Source of the DNA: Rickettsiales bacterium
GTDB taxonomy: Bacteria; Pseudomonadota; Alphaproteobacteria; G027485855
Direction: 5' to 3'
Length of the DNA stretch: 64,000 bases
Assembly: GCA_027485855.1 (NCBI GenBank)
Contig: JAIXQD010000021.1
Span: forward strand, 178,700 to 242,699
Shown here: in pieces, positions 60,429 to 64,000 of the stretch
How the letters are laid out: every line of letters begins with the position of its first letter
Position numbering within the stretch: the stretch's first letter is position 1
Notes under the pieces: model-generated
The model's input: only the letters and a program-made list of their open reading frames with translations
Databases searched by the model: none
What the model was told of the DNA's origin: nothing
Program-made: the position numbers and the translations under genes

Positions 60429-62003
60429 ATGAATAAAATTGCCAATTTAGGCCTTAAGGGCCTTGCCGCGCTGCATGTTAACCTTGGCACGGCCGCACTT
60501 TATGAACAGGCCTTGCGCCGCAACGAAGCGCAGCTATCGGCCCATGGCGCACTCATTGCCTATACCGGCCAGCACACCGGACGTTCGCCCAACGATAAAT
60601 TTATTGTCGAAGATGCGCAAACCAGCCGCGATATCTGGTGGGGCAAGGTCAATCGGCCAATCAGTCAGGCGCATTATGCGGGCTTGCTGCAAAAAATGCG
60701 CGAATGGTGCGTTGGCCGTGAATTATTTGCCCAAGATTTATTTGCCGGCGCTGCGGCAAACTATCGGTTGCCCATCAGGGTTATTACGCAAAATGCGTGG
60801 CATAGTTTATTTGCCCGCAATATGTTTATCAGACCACAGCCCGCCGAAATCGTCACGCATGAGCCGCAATTTACCGTGCTGCATCTGCCCGAATTTCTGG
60901 CCGACCCACGCATCGATGGCACACAAAGCAGCACCTTTATTATTATCAATTTTGCCGAGCGCATGGTGCTGATTGGTGGCACGGCCTATGCTGGCGAGAT
61001 TAAAAAATCAATTTTCAGTGTGATGAATTATCTTTTGCCCGCCCAAGGTATTTTACCCATGCATGCCTCGGCCAATAGCGGCCCTGCGGGAGATGTGGCG
61101 GTTTTCTTTGGCCTATCGGGCACGGGTAAAACCACCTTGTCGGCCGACCCCGCCCGCACCCTGATTGGCGATGATGAGCATGGCTGGAGCCAAGACGGCG
61201 TGTTTAATTTTGAGGGCGGCTGTTATGCTAAGCTTATTCGGTTGAGCGCCAAAGCCGAGCCCGAAATTTATGCCACAACCCAGCGCTTTGGCACTATTGT
61301 TGAAAATGTGCCGTGCGATGCCCGCACCCGCCTTTTGGATTTAGACAGCACCGAATATACCGAAAATACGCGGGCCAGCTACCCTCTAGATTTTATTCCT
61401 AATGCCAGCACCACGGGCATGGGCGGCTTACCGCAAAATATTATTATGCTCACCGCTGATGCTTTTGGTGTTTTGCCGCCGCTGGCCAAACTAAGCCCCG
61501 AGCAGGCGATGTATCACTTTTTGTCGGGCTATACGGCACGTGTGGCTGGCACCGAGCGCGGCGTTACCACACCACAAGCCGCATTTTCGGCCTGTTTTGG
61601 TGCGCCCTTCTTGCCGCGTCACCCGCAAGTTTATGCAAAAATGCTTGGCGAAAAGCTAAAGCAACACAAAGTCAATTGCTGGCTGGTCAATACCGGCTGG
61701 ACCGGCGGCGCTTATGGCACTGGTCAGCGCATGCCCATAGACTATACCCGCGCCTTGCTGCATAGCGCACTCGATGGCAGCTTAAGCCAAACTCAATTTG
61801 CGCCAGAGCCTTATTTTGGCCTGATGGTGCCGGAATCTTGCAAAAATGTGCCAAGCCAAATTCTGCGCCCCGAGAGCAGCTGGGCCGATGCCCAAGCCTA
61901 CCAGCAAGCCGCACGACAAGTGGCGCATAAATTTGCTATAAACTTTGCCGAATATGCCCCACATGTTGATGATGCGGTGCGTGCCATTGCGATTGCAGCT
62001 TAG
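60429..62003 (+). CDS. pckA: PEP carboxykinase (ATP)
   Basis: [46 protein letters not shown]; start ATG 60429. Confidence 0.97.
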   Translation: MNKIANLGLKGLAALHVNLGTAALYEQALRRNEAQLSAHGALIAYTGQHTGRSPNDKFIVEDAQTSRDIWWGKVNRPISQAHYAGLLQKMREWCVGRELFAQDLFAGAAANYRLPIRVITQNAWHSLFARNMFIRPQPAEIVTHEPQFTVLHLPEFLADPRIDGTQSSTFIIINFAERMVLIGGTAYAGEIKKSIFSVMNYLLPAQGILPMHASANSGPAGDVAVFFGLSGTGKTTLSADPARTLIGDDEHGWSQDGVFNFEGGCYAKLIRLSAKAEPEIYATTQRFGTIVENVPCDARTRLLDLDSTEYTENTRASYPLDFIPNASTTGMGGLPQNIIMLTADAFGVLPPLAKLSPEQAMYHFLSGYTARVAGTERGVTTPQAAFSACFGAPFLPRHPQVYAKMLGEKLKQHKVNCWLVNTGWTGGAYGTGQRMPIDYTRALLHSALDGSLSQTQFAPEPYFGLMVPESCKNVPSQILRPESSWADAQAYQQAARQVAHKFAINFAEYAPHVDDAVRAIAIAA

Positions 62004-62013
62004 GAGAATAAAA

Positions 62014-62784
62014 ATGCGCCCTATATTATTACTCACAACAGCCTTGTGGCTTTATCCGCATATGGCATTTGCGCAAACAGCCCCGAGCCTTGTTGAGCAA
62101 ATAGCCGCACTGCGCACCATGGTGCAACAGCAGCAAGCACAAATTGATGCGCTTGAGCAAAAACTACAAAGCAACCCCGCAATGGTGGGTAGTGATTATA
62201 GCATGGCGCATGAGCTGGCCGAGCTACGCGCCGCCATTGGCCTACCCACACATACGGGTGCAAAAACCGAGGCTAAAATGGGTAATTTTGCCCCCATGCA
62301 AGAGCCTAAAGCGATAACACCGTCTGCGGCCCCTGCGATTGTGGGCGAGCCCATGCCACTTATTCCGGCAACTGCGAAACCGACAAGCACAGACAATAGC
62401 AGCAAAATTATTGGCCAAATCATCCAGCCTAAAACAGGCGATGACGTTAGCGCCAGTGCACGGCCCACAATAGCCGCACCCAAAGCGCCCACGCCGCCCA
62501 CAGCGCCCGTAAAAGATACGAAGGCCACCCCTGACACCATACAAAAAACCAGCATAGGGCGGCTGACTATGGGCGCTGCTGGGCGCTTTGAAATTAGTGG
62601 CCGCGTGTTGGGCGTGATGGATGGCAAAAACATAATTATTTCAGATGAGAGCGGCAGCCTTATGGCCTATGGCACCAGCACTATGATAGAAGACAAAAAA
62701 ATAGCGCCCGAGCAGCGGGTGGTGCTGCAAGGGCGCTTTGCTGATAAAAACCGCTTTATGATTGAGAGCCTCAGCACGCGCTAA
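62014..62784 (+). CDS. Secreted hypothetical protein: coiled coil, Pro-rich linker, C-terminal OB-fold-like domain
   Basis: AGGAG RBS, AFA signal cleavage, ISGRV...IISDESG...VVLQGRF. Confidence 0.7.
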   Translation: MRPILLLTTALWLYPHMAFAQTAPSLVEQIAALRTMVQQQQAQIDALEQKLQSNPAMVGSDYSMAHELAELRAAIGLPTHTGAKTEAKMGNFAPMQEPKAITPSAAPAIVGEPMPLIPATAKPTSTDNSSKIIGQIIQPKTGDDVSASARPTIAAPKAPTPPTAPVKDTKATPDTIQKTSIGRLTMGAAGRFEISGRVLGVMDGKNIIISDESGSLMAYGTSTMIEDKKIAPEQRVVLQGRFADKNRFMIESLSTR

Positions 62785-62833
62785 AGGCACGCGCTAAGGT
62801 TCACACACCAAGGCCAAAGCTAGCAGTAAACGG

Positions 62834-63487
62834 CTATTTAGCCGCAACCACCATGACCATTTGTTTACCTTCCATTTTAGCGGGGTGCTCAATTTTACAG
62901 AGCGACTCAAGCTCAAGCCGGACGCGCTCCATCAGTTGCACGCCAATATCTTGGTGCGCCATTTCGCGGCCACGAAAACGCAAAGTGATTTTCACCTTAT
63001 CGCCTTCTTCGAGGAATTTTTTCACAGCGCGCATTTTAACGCCGTAATCATTATCATCGATATTGGGACGCAGCTTAATTTCTTTGACATCGATGACTTT
63101 TTGCTTCTTGCGGGCTTCGGCCGCTTTTTTCTGCATCTCATATTTATATTTGCCGTAATCCTGAATTTTGCACACAGGCGGCTCAGCATTAGGCGAAATC
63201 TCGACCAGATCAAGGCCGACAGCCTCGGCGGCCTCTATGGCTTCGCGCACATTCATGACACCAAGCATCTCGCCCGCTGAATCAATGACGCGCACACTGC
63301 GTGCGGTTATTTCACGGTTGACGCGCGGGCCATCATTTTTTGGCGCGGCCTCACCTCTGAAGTCGCGGCGGTCGCCAGAAGGCGGGCTCGCTGAATTATT
63401 GCTGCGGTTAGGCGGACGTGGGCTGCTAAAAGAAGAGCCAGAACGAGGGGGGCCAGAAAATGGGCCCGAAGAAAATGGACGATTAAT
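62834..63487 (-). CDS. infC: Translation initiation factor IF-3 (ATT start)
   Basis: [41 protein letters not shown]; GGAGA-6nt-ATT at 63487. Confidence 0.95.
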   Translation of the reverse strand: MNRPFSSGPFSGPPRSGSSFSSPRPPNRSNNSASPPSGDRRDFRGEAAPKNDGPRVNREITARSVRVIDSAGEMLGVMNVREAIEAAEAVGLDLVEISPNAEPPVCKIQDYGKYKYEMQKKAAEARKKQKVIDVKEIKLRPNIDDNDYGVKMRAVKKFLEEGDKVKITLRFRGREMAHQDIGVQLMERVRLELESLCKIEHPAKMEGKQMVMVVAAK

Positions 63488-63533
63488 GGTTTGTCTCCAC
63501 AAGTTGTTGAACTAGGCTTTCATTATATCCGCT

Positions 63534-64000
63534 TTAGTACGGAATGTCGAGTAAAGCCATGCCATCGGGCGGTAAAGACTCTTTGGCAATGGCGCCAACA
63601 GCTTGCGCCAAAGGCAGCAGCTCTTGTGCATCGCCCCCCAGCCTGCGCAAGGCAATTGTTTGATTTTGCGCCTCTTTTTGGCCAACAACGGCAATGAGCG
63701 GGGCTTTTTTAAGCGACCATTCACGGATTTTGTAATTTATTTTCTCGGGGCGCAAATCTATCTCGGTGCGCAGACCCGCTTGCTCAAATTTTTGCATAAC
63801 CTCTTTGGCATAGCCATCGGCCTCGTTGGTGATGGTAGTAACCACAACCTGCACGGGCGATAGCCACAGCGGCAATTTGCCGGCATAATGCTCGATGAGC
63901 ATGCCAATAAAGCGCTCAAGCGAGCCCAAAATTGCTCGGTGCATCATGACGGGCGCATGTTTTGCGCCATCTTCGGCAACATAGCTGGCGCCCAAACGCT
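63534..64000 (-). CDS. thrS: Threonyl-tRNA synthetase, C-terminal part (5' end outside window)
   Basis: [29 protein letters not shown]. Confidence 0.96.
   Translation of the reverse strand, partial: RLGASYVAEDGAKHAPVMMHRAILGSLERFIGMLIEHYAGKLPLWLSPVQVVVTTITNEADGYAKEVMQKFEQAGLRTEIDLRPEKINYKIREWSLKKAPLIAVVGQKEAQNQTIALRRLGGDAQELLPLAQAVGAIAKESLPPDGMALLDIPY

Overview
Chromosomal window of an alphaproteobacterium, judged from the pckA-chvI-chvG-EIIA-HPr block and thrS-infC. (1) 1-13754: one giant minus-strand ORF missed by the ORF track because it runs off the window edge. It encodes a >4,500-aa filamentous-haemagglutinin/TpsA-like protein with roughly 48 repeats of ~72 aa. (2) 14.1-23.1 kb: an island of small stress/membrane proteins (CsbD, LpxR, SYLF, YfdX, DUF3309, DUF883, SOUL, DUF1328) with a stand-alone HisKA protein, a hybrid kinase and an orphan KdpE-like regulator. 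(3) A low-GC islet at the 3' end of tRNA-Ser(GCT). (4) trmH-like gene, guaC and two tandem, strongly diverged ClpB-like ATPases with degenerate NBD1 pore loops/Arg fingers and a shared extra C-terminal segment. (5) DEAD-box helicase, RTX-tailed subtilase plus T1SS, wbpO/wbpP-like genes, alternative oxidase, ArsR-CDF. (6) A partial Dot/Icm (type IVB) locus: PilT/DotB-like ATPase, DotA, a TraX-type pilin acetylase, IcmC-like, two near-identical IcmD/pilin-like genes and IcmJ. (7) Housekeeping genes. The best candidates for an undescribed system are the ClpB pair and the possibly piliated type IVB locus. All calls come from motif recognition by eye; no searches were run.
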